Under the pieces are notes generated by a model, which did not search any database, was not told the DNA's origin, and saw nothing but the letters and a program-made list of their open reading frames with translations. Position numbers and translations under genes: made by a program. Below are positions 40,984 through 51,491 of a stretch of DNA of 64,000 nucleotides, piece by piece. Every line of letters begins with the position of its first letter. Within the stretch, counting starts at the first letter, position 1. The DNA is from Flavobacteriales bacterium (GTDB lineage Bacteria; Bacteroidota; Bacteroidia; NS11-12g; UBA9320), in assembly GCA_020635455.1 (NCBI GenBank), contig JACJZT010000003.1, positions 70,261-134,260 on the forward strand, given 5' to 3'.

Positions 40984-43251
40984 TCATCCCTGACCTGCCT
41001 GCTTTCTGATAATATTAAGTGCTCCTCCGGCTTTAAACCATTCAATTTGCTGACTGTTATAGGTATGATTCGTTTCAATTGAATGATGACTACCGTCTTC
41101 ATGCAGTATTTCAAGAATCAGAGGTTTGCCCGGTGTAAATGTTTTTAAACCCGTTAAATTAAAGGTATCATTTTCCTGTATCAGATCGTAATCTGCCTTA
41201 TTTGCGAAGGTCAGGGCAAGCATGCCTTGCTTTTTAAGGTTGGTTTCATGAATTCTCGCGAACGACTTGGTAAGGATAATCCGAACTCCTAAGAATCTTG
41301 GTTCCATGGCAGCATGTTCTCTGGAAGAACCCTCACCGTAATTTTCGTCACCTACCACAATACTGCCTATGCCCTTTGCCTTATACTGGCGTTGTGTGGC
41401 AGGCACCGCACCATATTCACCGGTAAGTTGATTCTTTACCCAATCGGCCCGGTCGTTGAAATAGTTTATGGCACCGATCAACATATTGTTGCTGATGTTA
41501 TCAAGATGACCTCTGAATTTCAGCCAGGGACCAGCCATACTGATATGGTCTGTAGTACATTTCCCTTTTGCCTTGATCAACAATTTTAGTCCGGTAAGGT
41601 CATTGCCATCCCAGGCATCAAAGGGAGCAAGTAACTGAAGCCTCTGACTGTTTTCATCCACAATGATCCTGATTGAAGACCCGTCTTTGGCCGGAGCCTG
41701 ATACCCGGCATCCTCTACGGCAAATCCCTTCACGGGCATTTCAATACCTAGTGGTTCGTTAAGTTTTACAGGTTTTCCGTCGTTTCCAATCAATTCGTCC
41801 TTCAATGGATTAAAACTAAGCGTACCGGCAATGGCCAGTGCTGTAACGATCTCGGGTGAAGCTACGAATGCATGTGTATTCGGATTGCCATCGTTTCTCT
41901 TGGCAAAATTCCTGTTAAAAGAGGTAATTATGGAATTCTTTCGGTTTGGATCGTCAGAGTGTCTGGCCCATTGACCAATACACGGACCGCAGGCATTTGC
42001 AAGAACCACGCCTCCCATGTTCTCAAAAATCTCAAGGTATCCATCTCTTTCCACTGTATACCTCACCTGCTCTGAACCGGGTGTGATGGTAAATTCCGAT
42101 TTGGCAATAATGCCTTTATCGGCAGCTTGTTTGGCAACAGATGCTGCACGGGTAATGTCTTCGTACGATGAATTTGTACAGGAACCAATTAATCCTACCT
42201 CTAATTTATCAGGCCAGTTGTTGCTCTTAACTGCATCGGCAAATTTGGAAATAGGCCAGGCCAGATCCGGAGTGAACGGACCGTTAACATGGGGTTCAAG
42301 TTCTGAAAGATTGATCTCAATAAGTTGATCAAAATATTCTTCCGGCCTGGAATAAACTTCAGCATCTCCTGTAAGATGCTCTGCGATCCCGTCTGCCAGA
42401 TCAGCAACTTCATCCCGCCCTGTCCCTCTTAAGTATTGGGCCATTTTATCGTCGTATCCGAAAACTGAAGTGGTCGCACCGATCTCAGCACCCATATTGC
42501 AAATGGTTCCTTTTCCTGTACAAGACAAACTGTTGGCGCCTTCGCCGAAATATTCAACAATACATCCGGTACCTCCTTTAACGGTAAGAATACCTGCAAC
42601 TTTAAGAATAACATCTTTTGCAGAGGTCCAGCCATTTAGTTTTCCGGTTAATTTAACTCCAATGATCTTAGGGAATTTCAACTCCCAGGGTAAGCCTGCC
42701 ATAACATCACAGGCGTCGGCACCGCCAACACCTATGGCAACCATGCCTAAACCTCCTGCATTAACGGTGTGCGAATCGGTACCGATCATCAAACCTCCCG
42801 GAAAAGCGTAATTTTCAAGAACAACCTGATGGATAATTCCGGCTCCCGGCTTCCAGAATCCGATACCGTATTTATCTGATACCGATGAAAGAAAATCAAA
42901 AACTTCCTTGTTTAATGCCTTTGAGCTGCTAAGATCTTTTTCGGCTCCATCCTTTGCAAGGATCAAATGGTCGCAATGAACTGTCGAAGGTACGGCTACA
43001 GATGGTCTGCCTGCCTGCATAAATTGCAATAATGCCATCTGAGCAGTCGCATCCTGCATGGCAACACGGTCAGGAGCAAAGTCTACATAGTCTTTCCCTC
43101 TTTCAAATACCGATCCTTTATCCTCTTCCCACAAATGTGTGTAAAGCACCTTCTCGGTAAGTGTTAAGGGTTTGTTCAATAATTTTCTTGCTGCCTGCAC
43201 CCTTTCAGGGAAGCGGCTGTATACCTCTCGGATCATTTCTAAGTCAAACAT
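40984..43251 (-). CDS. acnA: aconitate hydratase
   Basis: 755 aa with aconitase family motifs (Fe-S ligands [12 protein letters not shown], and the swivel domain SFARIH). Confidence 0.9.
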   Translation of the reverse strand: MFDLEMIREVYSRFPERVQAARKLLNKPLTLTEKVLYTHLWEEDKGSVFERGKDYVDFAPDRVAMQDATAQMALLQFMQAGRPSVAVPSTVHCDHLILAKDGAEKDLSSSKALNKEVFDFLSSVSDKYGIGFWKPGAGIIHQVVLENYAFPGGLMIGTDSHTVNAGGLGMVAIGVGGADACDVMAGLPWELKFPKIIGVKLTGKLNGWTSAKDVILKVAGILTVKGGTGCIVEYFGEGANSLSCTGKGTICNMGAEIGATTSVFGYDDKMAQYLRGTGRDEVADLADGIAEHLTGDAEVYSRPEEYFDQLIEINLSELEPHVNGPFTPDLAWPISKFADAVKSNNWPDKLEVGLIGSCTNSSYEDITRAASVAKQAADKGIIAKSEFTITPGSEQVRYTVERDGYLEIFENMGGVVLANACGPCIGQWARHSDDPNRKNSIITSFNRNFAKRNDGNPNTHAFVASPEIVTALAIAGTLSFNPLKDELIGNDGKPVKLNEPLGIEMPVKGFAVEDAGYQAPAKDGSSIRIIVDENSQRLQLLAPFDAWDGNDLTGLKLLIKAKGKCTTDHISMAGPWLKFRGHLDNISNNMLIGAINYFNDRADWVKNQLTGEYGAVPATQRQYKAKGIGSIVVGDENYGEGSSREHAAMEPRFLGVRIILTKSFARIHETNLKKQGMLALTFANKADYDLIQENDTFNLTGLKTFTPGKPLILEILHEDGSHHSIETNHTYNSQQIEWFKAGGALNIIRKQAGQG

Positions 43252-43714
43252 ATAATTCTTGAATTTGCCGCAAAGTTAATAAAATTGAAGCGCTAATTTT
43301 GCCTTTTAGGTATAGTTTTTCCTACGGATGAATGTTCTTTGGAATTTGTCTTCCTGCGAAATTGTTAAGCAATAGAATTTTAATGCACCTTAGTCGAAAA
43401 TATTCAAACCGCCGGAAAATTTAATTCCAAAACAATAATTTTTCCTAACTTTGTAGGAACCTAAATGTGTAATGCTGAGTACTTATGTTCAATAACAAAA
43501 ACCGAAACATACTATTCATAATCCTGATCATAGGGATCCTAATTGCGCAGTACTATCTTTTTTCAGACCTCTTTAGTGAAGGTGAAGTTGAAAGCTACAT
43601 AAGGCCTTCAGCAAAACCTGTTACAAAATAATCAGATTCTTCTCAAATTAGTCAGGATCCTGGCTCTGCAGTGGAACCATACAGGAATAATTAATTCATC
43701 TATTTTTGTACTTA

Positions 43715-44812
43715 ATGAAAATTTCAGAACTAATTTCTACCTTCGAAGAATATGCTCCCTCAGTTTTTCAGGAAGACTATGACAATTCGGGTTTAATAAC
43801 CGGAGAAGGTTCCACCGAAATTACCAATGCACTTGTTTGTCTGGATTGCCTGGAAGAAGTTGTGGATGAAGCGATCTCTCATAATTGCAATCTTATTATC
43901 GCTCATCACCCGATCGTATTCAAAGGACTAAAAAGGTTTAATGGAAAAAATTATGTTGAAAGAACTGTGATCAAAGCCCTCAAGAACGATATAGCCATTT
44001 ATGCCATACATACCAATTTGGACAATGTTCTTGAAAATGGGGTAAATAAAAAGATCGCGGAAAAACTCGGTTTAGTAAATCCGGTGATCCTTCAACCTAA
44101 ACCGAACCTCTTGGCGAAGTTGGTAACTTTTGTACCAGTTGATGATGCGCCTAAGGTCAGGAATGCTTTGTTTAAAGCAGGAAGCGGACAAATTGGCAAT
44201 TACGACCATTGTTCATTTAACGTTGAAGGAGAAGGCTCCTACAGAGCATTGGAAAAAAGCAATCCATACCGGGGTAAAAAGGGAGACGATCATCTGGAAA
44301 GGGAAGTTCGGGTTGAAGTAATTTTCCCTTATTTTAAAAAAAACAAGGTCCTCACGGCACTATTTGAATCTCATCCCTATGAAGAAGTTGCCTATGATGT
44401 GATCAGGCTCGATAATTCTTTACAAACCGTTGGTTCAGGATTGATCGGTGAACTGAATAAACCCATGGATGTACAGGATTTTCTGGCTCATCTCAAATAT
44501 TCTATGAGCGTAAAGGTGATAAAACACACCCGGTACAACAAAAATATAAAAAAGATCGCTCTTTGTGGGGGAGCAGGGTCTTTTTTGCTGAAGGATGCCA
44601 TACGGGCGGGAGCCGATGCATATATTAGTTCAGATTTCAAATACCATGAATTTTTTGATGCCGAAAATAAATTGATGATCTGTGATATTGGTCATTTTGA
44701 ATCGGAACAATTCACACCCGAATTAATAATTGAAATAATTCAAAATAAATTTCCTAATTTTGCACCCATTTTGACCAAAATCAATACCAATCCGGTAACT
44801 TATTATTATTAA
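43715..44812 (+). CDS. NIF3 (YqfO/NGG1p-interacting factor 3) family dinuclear metal centre protein
   Basis: The N-terminal NIF3 fold motif (NSGL..G, IIAHHP, AIYAIHTNLD), an inserted PII-like domain, and a C-terminal HFESE. Confidence 0.75.
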   Translation: MKISELISTFEEYAPSVFQEDYDNSGLITGEGSTEITNALVCLDCLEEVVDEAISHNCNLIIAHHPIVFKGLKRFNGKNYVERTVIKALKNDIAIYAIHTNLDNVLENGVNKKIAEKLGLVNPVILQPKPNLLAKLVTFVPVDDAPKVRNALFKAGSGQIGNYDHCSFNVEGEGSYRALEKSNPYRGKKGDDHLEREVRVEVIFPYFKKNKVLTALFESHPYEEVAYDVIRLDNSLQTVGSGLIGELNKPMDVQDFLAHLKYSMSVKVIKHTRYNKNIKKIALCGGAGSFLLKDAIRAGADAYISSDFKYHEFFDAENKLMICDIGHFESEQFTPELIIEIIQNKFPNFAPILTKINTNPVTYYY

Positions 44813-45624
44813 TGGCAGTACAAAAAAGCTTTTCAGTAGAAGAAAAATTAAAAGCACTTTTCAGTGTTCAGGAAATTGACAGTAAACTTGACAAACTAAG
44901 GTCTGTAAGAGGTGAATTACCCAACGAAGTATCTGACCTCGAAGATGAACTGGCTGGTCTTCAAACAAGAATTTCAAACATCAATCAGGAAATTCAGGAG
45001 CTTAAAGACAAGATCATTGCCAATCAGGAAAGAATAAAAGATTCTCAGGCCTTGTCGAAAAAATACAATGACCAGTTGAACAATGTAAAAAATAACCGGG
45101 AATTTGAAGCTCTGAACAAAGAAATTGAAATGCAGGGACTTGAGATCCAGGCTGCAGAGAAAAGGATCAACGACATCAATAAGATCGTCGAGGAAAAGGA
45201 AGCTATGATCGGCGATGTAAATTCAAATCTTGAAAGTCGCATGGCCGACCTGGAACACAAGAAGAAAGAATTGACAGAGATCATGGAAGAAACCGAGAAG
45301 GAAGAAGCGATAATTTTGAAAGAAAGAGCTGAGGCAGAAAAACATGTTGAAGACAAATTGAAGGTTGCTTACGACAGGATCCGCATTAATGTTAAAAACG
45401 GTATTGCAGTTGCTCCAATTCTCAGGTCATCCTGTGGTGGATGTTTTGCTAAATTACCTCCTCAGTTGGAAGCCGACATAAAGGCCTATAAGAAAATAGT
45501 GATCTGCGAACATTGTGGAAGGGTATTGGTAGATGCGAAACTTGCCGGCATGGAGGAAGAAACTCCGGTTGAAGAAGAAAAACCAAAGGTCAGAAGACGC
45601 TTAGGTGCCAAAAAAGAAGATTGA
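44812..45624 (+). CDS. zinc-ribbon and coiled-coil protein (COG1579/DUF164 type)
   Basis: A long coiled coil followed by a C-terminal CGGC...CEHCGR zinc ribbon. It is typically paired with NIF3 genes. Confidence 0.7.
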   Translation: MAVQKSFSVEEKLKALFSVQEIDSKLDKLRSVRGELPNEVSDLEDELAGLQTRISNINQEIQELKDKIIANQERIKDSQALSKKYNDQLNNVKNNREFEALNKEIEMQGLEIQAAEKRINDINKIVEEKEAMIGDVNSNLESRMADLEHKKKELTEIMEETEKEEAIILKERAEAEKHVEDKLKVAYDRIRINVKNGIAVAPILRSSCGGCFAKLPPQLEADIKAYKKIVICEHCGRVLVDAKLAGMEEETPVEEEKPKVRRRLGAKKED

Positions 45625-45691
45625 TTCCAAACGGTTAATTCTGCCAGGATTCATTTAGCTCTCCAACCGTTCATTTAAATCGCAACCCGGT

Positions 45692-46435
45692 TTAGTTCTG
45701 CGGTTCCTCATGTTTGATTCCCAGATATTTATTTATCAAACCGTGAACCAGATACAATAAGGGTATCATTGCAATGGCGATCACAAACTTGTACAAATAA
45801 TTTCCGGTACCTATGCTCATTACTCGCTCGAGCGACCAGTTGCTACCGATATAAAATGCGATGTACAATACCAGATAACTGTCGATAAATTGTGAGATCA
45901 GTGTTGAAACTGTTGCCCTCAACCAAAGCATTCGATGTTTAAATATGGATTTAATTTTCTGAAATACGATGGCATCGAGTATTTGTCCGACCAAAAACGA
46001 GACCAATGAACCAAAGATTATCCATAATCCCTGTCCAAAAACAGACCCGAAAGCCGCCTGCATATCTGGTACGCCCTTTTGAACCTGAGACGTCGGCCAC
46101 CAGGCTGCAGGTACCAGTTTAATGGCCATAAAAACCATAAAAAAGGCATAGCAGATCAAGGCTGCAGCCAGCCAGGATAAAAATTTTACGCCCTTTACAC
46201 CGTAGTGTTCATTGATAATATCCGTCATAACAAAAACAACCGGCCATAATAAAACACCGGCTGTGAGATCGAATGAAAAATCTGAATTGAATAAATTCAA
46301 ATGGAACTGATCAATACCAAGGCTCGATTCAAGTGAAAAGATCTTGACCCCGATAAATTCGGCAACAATGGCATTGATGATAAAAAAACCTCCCAAAACG
46401 ATAAAGAGTTTTTCCTTTTTGCTCTGTTTTTGCAT
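45692..46435 (-). CDS. yhhQ: queuosine precursor transporter (YhhQ/VUT family)
   Basis: A ~247 aa six-TM protein whose N-terminus (KKEKLFIVLGGFFIINAIVAEFIG) is typical of YhhQ. Confidence 0.7.
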   Translation of the reverse strand: MQKQSKKEKLFIVLGGFFIINAIVAEFIGVKIFSLESSLGIDQFHLNLFNSDFSFDLTAGVLLWPVVFVMTDIINEHYGVKGVKFLSWLAAALICYAFFMVFMAIKLVPAAWWPTSQVQKGVPDMQAAFGSVFGQGLWIIFGSLVSFLVGQILDAIVFQKIKSIFKHRMLWLRATVSTLISQFIDSYLVLYIAFYIGSNWSLERVMSIGTGNYLYKFVIAIAMIPLLYLVHGLINKYLGIKHEEPQN

Positions 46436-46542
46436 TAAACTAAAATATGTACAATAATATGTAATTCGGACAAGAACTGTGGAAACATGATTTATGTAAA
46501 ACAGGTCAGAGTGTTATAAGTTCCCTAGCTTTGTAAATTACT

Positions 46543-47562
46543 ATGAGAGCTGCGTTTTCAAAATTAGGAATGGTTCTGATCTTTATGATTCTCGCATATT
46601 TTTCAGAAGCTCAGAATTCTGAAGAATGGCTGAAAAGCGGACATAAAAAAATGGCGGAAGGCAATACCCTTGGAGCCATTAAAGATTACACCTCTGCCTT
46701 AAAACTCGATCTTAAATATGCAGAGGCCTATTTGAGCAGAGGCACAGCATATGGAGAGATCATGGCCTTTCCCGAAGCCCATACCGATTTAAACAAGGCC
46801 ATTCTATTAAAACCACAGCTTGCCGATGCCTATTTCAACAGAGGCCTTATCCACTTTATGGCCAAAGAGTATGAACTTTCGCTGAAGGATATCAACCACT
46901 ATACTTTTCTGGTTGAAGAGGATCCCATGGCTTTTCTCACCAGAAGCATTTTGCATGAGAAACTCAATCATTCTGACTCATCCTTGTCGGACATGAAAAA
47001 ATACGTTGAGTTTGAAGCGGAAACCCCGGAGGAACTGAAAACACATTGTACTATAAAGCTGAAACTTGGAGATACTTCGGGTGCCTTAGCTGATATTTCG
47101 AAAGCCATACAGCTTGACCCCGAAAACATTTTGTTATTTTTAGGCAGGAGCAATATTTATCTTCTAAAAAATGAGTTTACAAGGGCCATCGAGGATCTGA
47201 ATGTTTATCTTCTCGAAGAAAAAAACAATTATACAGCCTACCTAAAAAGAGGAGCTGCTTATGGTTCGCTTAATATTTTTGATGCGGCAATTCAGGATTA
47301 TACCTCAGCCATTGCAATTGAAAGAAAAGACCCCAAATTGTTCTTCGACAGAGGGATATACTATATGGAAAAGAGTGATTTTAAGAATGCGAAATCCGAT
47401 CTGTATCAGGCTTTGATCCTTGATTTTGACGACAAGGAACTTTTACATTACAATATGGGAGTGGTTGAAATGAATCTGGGCAATGTCGCTGAAGCTTGTC
47501 AGGAGTTCAATCAATCCGGCGAATACAATACCGACTTTGCCTCTAAGTATTGCGGCCGTTAA
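46543..47562 (+). CDS. tetratricopeptide repeat protein with signal peptide
   Basis: Repeated 34-residue A..Y..RG.AY...G motifs. Confidence 0.7.
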   Translation: MRAAFSKLGMVLIFMILAYFSEAQNSEEWLKSGHKKMAEGNTLGAIKDYTSALKLDLKYAEAYLSRGTAYGEIMAFPEAHTDLNKAILLKPQLADAYFNRGLIHFMAKEYELSLKDINHYTFLVEEDPMAFLTRSILHEKLNHSDSSLSDMKKYVEFEAETPEELKTHCTIKLKLGDTSGALADISKAIQLDPENILLFLGRSNIYLLKNEFTRAIEDLNVYLLEEKNNYTAYLKRGAAYGSLNIFDAAIQDYTSAIAIERKDPKLFFDRGIYYMEKSDFKNAKSDLYQALILDFDDKELLHYNMGVVEMNLGNVAEACQEFNQSGEYNTDFASKYCGR

Positions 47563-47588
47563 AATTCAGTTTATTCTCAACACAATCA

Positions 47589-48230
47589 TTACTCCCAGGA
47601 AGAAGGACTTTCTCTCCAGGATGACAATCGTTTTAAAGAGTTCTGATCAATGTCACCCATTTTTAGTGCCTCATTTATTAAAGCATTGTAATTGCTCAGG
47701 GTGATCAAACTGCAATCAGCCTTTTCAAAATTATGGGTAGCTTCTTCAAAACCATAGGTAAAAATTGCCGACATACCCAATACATCATATTCCTGATCCC
47801 TGAGATGTTTTACTACTTTCAGGCTGCTTCCACCGGTAGATATAAGATCTTCTATTACAACGATCTTCTGTCCTTGCACTATCCTTCCTTCAATTTGATT
47901 TTTAAGACCATGTTCCTTGGGTTTGGGCCTGGCATAGGCATATGGAAGACCGAGTTCATCGGCTACGAGAGCCCCGATCGCGATCCCGGCCGTTGCCACT
48001 CCAACCAGTACATCTGCGTCCTTAAAATTTTCTGATATTGCACTTGCCATTTGCTGTTTGATGTAGGTTCGTATTTCCGGGAAGGAAAGGGTAATTCTGT
48101 TGTCGCAATAAATGGGGGATCTCCAGCCGGAAGCCCAGGTAAACGGGCTATCAGGACTAAGTTTTACTGCCTTTGCTTTCAACAAATATTGAGCTATTTT
48201 TGAAGAAGTTTCAGTCTGATTCATCCGCAC
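47589..48230 (-). CDS. pyrE: orotate phosphoribosyltransferase
   Basis: PRPP-binding motif (VLVGVATAGIAIG, VIEDLISTGGS). Confidence 0.85.
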   Translation of the reverse strand: MRMNQTETSSKIAQYLLKAKAVKLSPDSPFTWASGWRSPIYCDNRITLSFPEIRTYIKQQMASAISENFKDADVLVGVATAGIAIGALVADELGLPYAYARPKPKEHGLKNQIEGRIVQGQKIVVIEDLISTGGSSLKVVKHLRDQEYDVLGMSAIFTYGFEEATHNFEKADCSLITLSNYNALINEALKMGDIDQNSLKRLSSWRESPSSWE

Positions 48231-48265
48231 AAACTTAATTTGATTTTTAGAATTCGTACCGATAA

Positions 48266-48883
48266 GTGAATAAAAACTTAATGAAATACATTTATTACAA
48301 GAACAATTTCATACAACTTAGCCCGGAATCGCCCGAATCAGATATTGAATGCATTTCAAACCCCGGAAAATTTAAAATATACTCCTGCATTGACGCACTG
48401 TTGAACAAAAAGAATTACCGGATTTGCCTGATAGGAAATGTTAAAAAAAACCTCAGATCTGTTAAATCCTATTTTGGAAACATTAAGGCCGCAGGAGGTT
48501 TGGTTCAAAACCAAAAGAATGAGATCTTGCTCATAAGGCGACTTGGGGTTTGGGACCTGCCAAAGGGTAAACTGGAAAAGGATGAAACGAAAAGAAAAGG
48601 TGCAGCACGTGAAGTTGAAGAAGAATGCGGAATAAGCAAGGTAAAAGTTTTAAATAAGATAAACACGACTTACCATGTGTATCGGGCCAAAAATCGCTGG
48701 ATGTTAAAAACCACATATTGGTTTGTAATGAATTATGCCGGTGACGAAACCCCTGTCCCTCAGAAGGAAGAAAACATCGAAGAAGTTCGCTGGATCCACC
48801 GTGACCGGTATTCTAACGACGCTTACCCTTCGTATCCTGCGATTGCAAAGGTTCTACATCAATTTTTATCTCAGAAGGAATAA
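48266..48883 (+). CDS. NUDIX hydrolase
   Basis: Nudix box (GKLEKDETKRKGAAREVEEECG). Confidence 0.75.
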   Translation: MNKNLMKYIYYKNNFIQLSPESPESDIECISNPGKFKIYSCIDALLNKKNYRICLIGNVKKNLRSVKSYFGNIKAAGGLVQNQKNEILLIRRLGVWDLPKGKLEKDETKRKGAAREVEEECGISKVKVLNKINTTYHVYRAKNRWMLKTTYWFVMNYAGDETPVPQKEENIEEVRWIHRDRYSNDAYPSYPAIAKVLHQFLSQKE

Positions 48884-49316
48884 ATCGCTGATAGTCGCCG
48901 TTGTATAGGATCAGGTCCCGAACGATGGTACTGCTTACCGAACTTACACTTTCGTCGCTTATAAGAAATACATTTAACAAATCGCTGTTCAAATGTTCGT
49001 TCACTCTTGCAATTTGCTTTTCATATTCAAAGTCATTTATAGTACGAAGTCCTCTTAAAAGAAAAGTAGCCTCGCGTTTTTTACAAAATTCGCTGGTTAG
49101 TCCCTGATAGGTATCCGCGTGAACTCTAGGCTCATTCTTATAAACCTTTTTAATCCATTCAAGTCGTTTATCCAATGGAAAAAGATGCTTCTTACCTGCA
49201 TTATGCCCAATGGCAACTATGATTTGGTCAAAAAGTAGCAGGCCTTTTTTAACAATATCGTAATGACCATTTGTAAATGGATCAAAGGTTCCCGGAAATA
49301 CGGCAATTTTTTGCAT
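48813..49316 (-). CDS. coaD: pantetheine-phosphate adenylyltransferase
   Basis: The N-terminal motif AVFPGTFDPFTNGHYDIV. Confidence 0.9.
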   Translation of the reverse strand: MQKIAVFPGTFDPFTNGHYDIVKKGLLLFDQIIVAIGHNAGKKHLFPLDKRLEWIKKVYKNEPRVHADTYQGLTSEFCKKREATFLLRGLRTINDFEYEKQIARVNEHLNSDLLNVFLISDESVSSVSSTIVRDLILYNGDYQRFIPSEIKIDVEPLQSQDTKGKRR

Positions 49317-49798
49317 CAGTTAACAAAGATAAGCAATTATGGATATTCTTAATAGAAGGGTGTTCTGCTTAACTAGTCGAACCTCACAAAGTGGATTTGA
49401 GTTTACTTCGATTAGGGCTTTCAGCCCTATAACCCGACTCACTTTTTTTCTTGAAAAAAAACGTGAGCAAAAAATTATTCACCCGTTTATACTTATTTCA
49501 ATGGTGTTCATGAATGCAATGCATTTCAAGCCAAAAAAACAATCCCTCCCGCATCCCAACGCCGCCCCCGTCTTTTTGGCAACCCACCGCACCATTCTGT
49601 ACCCGAATAATTTCTGGTTAAATTACTTTATAATTCATCTTTTTAAAATAATCCTTTCAAAAGAATAAATATATATAAATATTTTAGAAAACATTGCAGG
49701 GTTTTAAATTAATTTCAATTTAATCATACAAAATTAAACTGACATTTTAAGCTGTAAAGCGTTATTAAATAATGGATTAAGTGGTTTTTGAGGTTCGA

Positions 49799-51436
49799 CT
49801 AACTATTCAGTTTGCCAACAATGGGCATGGTTCTTCCCCTGCCAAAGGCCTTGTCTGAAACCCTGAGGATAGGGGCAACCTGAAAACGTTTATGTTCGTT
49901 TCGGTCTACCATTTTTATCACATTATTCACAAGCGATCCATCATAACCCAGCTCAACAATTTCATCGGGGCTCATAAACCGTTCAATATATGCATGTAGA
50001 ATACCATCCAATACATCGTATTCCGGCAAGCTGTCGGTATCCTTTTGGTCGGGTCTGAGTTCGGCACTGGGAGCTTTGGTCAAGATGTTTTCAGGGATCA
50101 CATTTTCCTGCGAATTTATATAGCGACAGATACGGTAAGCCTGCGTTTTGTATACATCTCCAATTACAGATAAGCCACCGCAAAGATCGCCGTACAGAGT
50201 ACCATAGCCCACGGCGGCCTCACTTTTATTGGTTGTGTTTAAAAGAATATGGCCCAGCTTATTACTGATGGCCATTAAAAGTATCCCTCTCGTTCTGGCC
50301 TGAAGGTTTTCGTGCGTAAGGCCTTTCACCTCATCGTTGAACAGAGGTTTTAACTGATTTTCCAACTCATCGACTATTTTTTGTATCTCAACCCTTTTAA
50401 CGTCTATCTTCAGGTTCTTACAAAGCAATTCCGAATCGGTGATAGAATGCCCTGAAGAATAAACGGATGGCAACATTACGGGTAAAACGTTTTCGGCACC
50501 AAGCGCCCTTACGGCCAAAACGGTTACCAACGCCGAATCCAGACCACCCGACAAACCCAGTATGGCCTTTGAAAAACCGGATTTTTGAAAATAATCACGT
50601 ATCCCCAGAACAATTGCGTTGTAAATCAACTCTACGTCCTCGTTTTGATAACCATGACTGTGATTTGAATATTTAAAGCCCTTTTGCCAGTTAACGATCT
50701 TAAAGTCCTCCTTGAAATATTCAAGTTCTTCGGCAATGGTTCCATCTCGGTCAATAAACATCGAACCACCATCAAAGATCATATCTGTATTGGCCCCAAT
50801 CTGATTAACATATACCAAAGGAAGATCATATTTTAAGGCATTTCTACACATAAGGTCCCTTCTTTCCTCTATGTGTTCGTAGCTGAAAGGAGAACCGGAA
50901 AGGTTGATCATAAGGTCGGGCTCCAGTGCAATAAGCTTTTGCATGGGACTTTGCTTATAGTATCTTGTTTCGTCGATGTCCCAGAGATCTTCGCAAATGC
51001 TTACCGCAATTTTATGGCCTTTGAATTCGAGAATCTGAAATTGATCATTGGGTTCAAAATAGCGGTATTCGTTAAAAATATTGTACGTTGGTAAAAGGGT
51101 TTTATGAAATACTTTCCTGATTTCTCCCTTATGAAGGAAGGCTGCAGAATTGTATAGTTTCTTGCCAAATTTAAGGCCACTGAACGTAGGGCAGCCTATT
51201 AAAATGGCAGTTTCCTCAACGATCTCAGCAATATTAAGGAGGGCTTGTTCGCAGGCTTTTACGAAATGTGGATAATCAAGCAGATCTTCCGGAGAATATC
51301 CACAAATGGCGAGTTCAGAGAAAACCGCCAGGTCGGCTTCTTCCGAAACAGCCCTTTGATAAAGATCAAGTATTTTTAAAGTATTGCCTTCAATATCACC
51401 AACCTTGAAATTAAGTTGGCAAAGAGCTATTTTCAT
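49799..51436 (-). CDS. nadE: glutamine-dependent NAD+ synthetase
   Basis: An N-terminal nitrilase/CN-hydrolase domain (MKIALCQ...) plus a C-terminal NAD synthetase domain with the P-loop SGGLDS. Confidence 0.9.
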   Translation of the reverse strand: MKIALCQLNFKVGDIEGNTLKILDLYQRAVSEEADLAVFSELAICGYSPEDLLDYPHFVKACEQALLNIAEIVEETAILIGCPTFSGLKFGKKLYNSAAFLHKGEIRKVFHKTLLPTYNIFNEYRYFEPNDQFQILEFKGHKIAVSICEDLWDIDETRYYKQSPMQKLIALEPDLMINLSGSPFSYEHIEERRDLMCRNALKYDLPLVYVNQIGANTDMIFDGGSMFIDRDGTIAEELEYFKEDFKIVNWQKGFKYSNHSHGYQNEDVELIYNAIVLGIRDYFQKSGFSKAILGLSGGLDSALVTVLAVRALGAENVLPVMLPSVYSSGHSITDSELLCKNLKIDVKRVEIQKIVDELENQLKPLFNDEVKGLTHENLQARTRGILLMAISNKLGHILLNTTNKSEAAVGYGTLYGDLCGGLSVIGDVYKTQAYRICRYINSQENVIPENILTKAPSAELRPDQKDTDSLPEYDVLDGILHAYIERFMSPDEIVELGYDGSLVNNVIKMVDRNEHKRFQVAPILRVSDKAFGRGRTMPIVGKLNS

Positions 51437-51491
51437 TGGATATCAGAAAAAAATCCCGTTACAAAAAAATACGTTGCCGTGGTATAAACCC

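Noticed and set aside
49339-49668. 109-aa ORF in the coaD/nadE intergenic region
   Set aside because: It has no recognisable domain, an odd composition, and spans hairpins and the C-rich tract. The region is better explained as a non-coding element (see the 49317-49798 finding).
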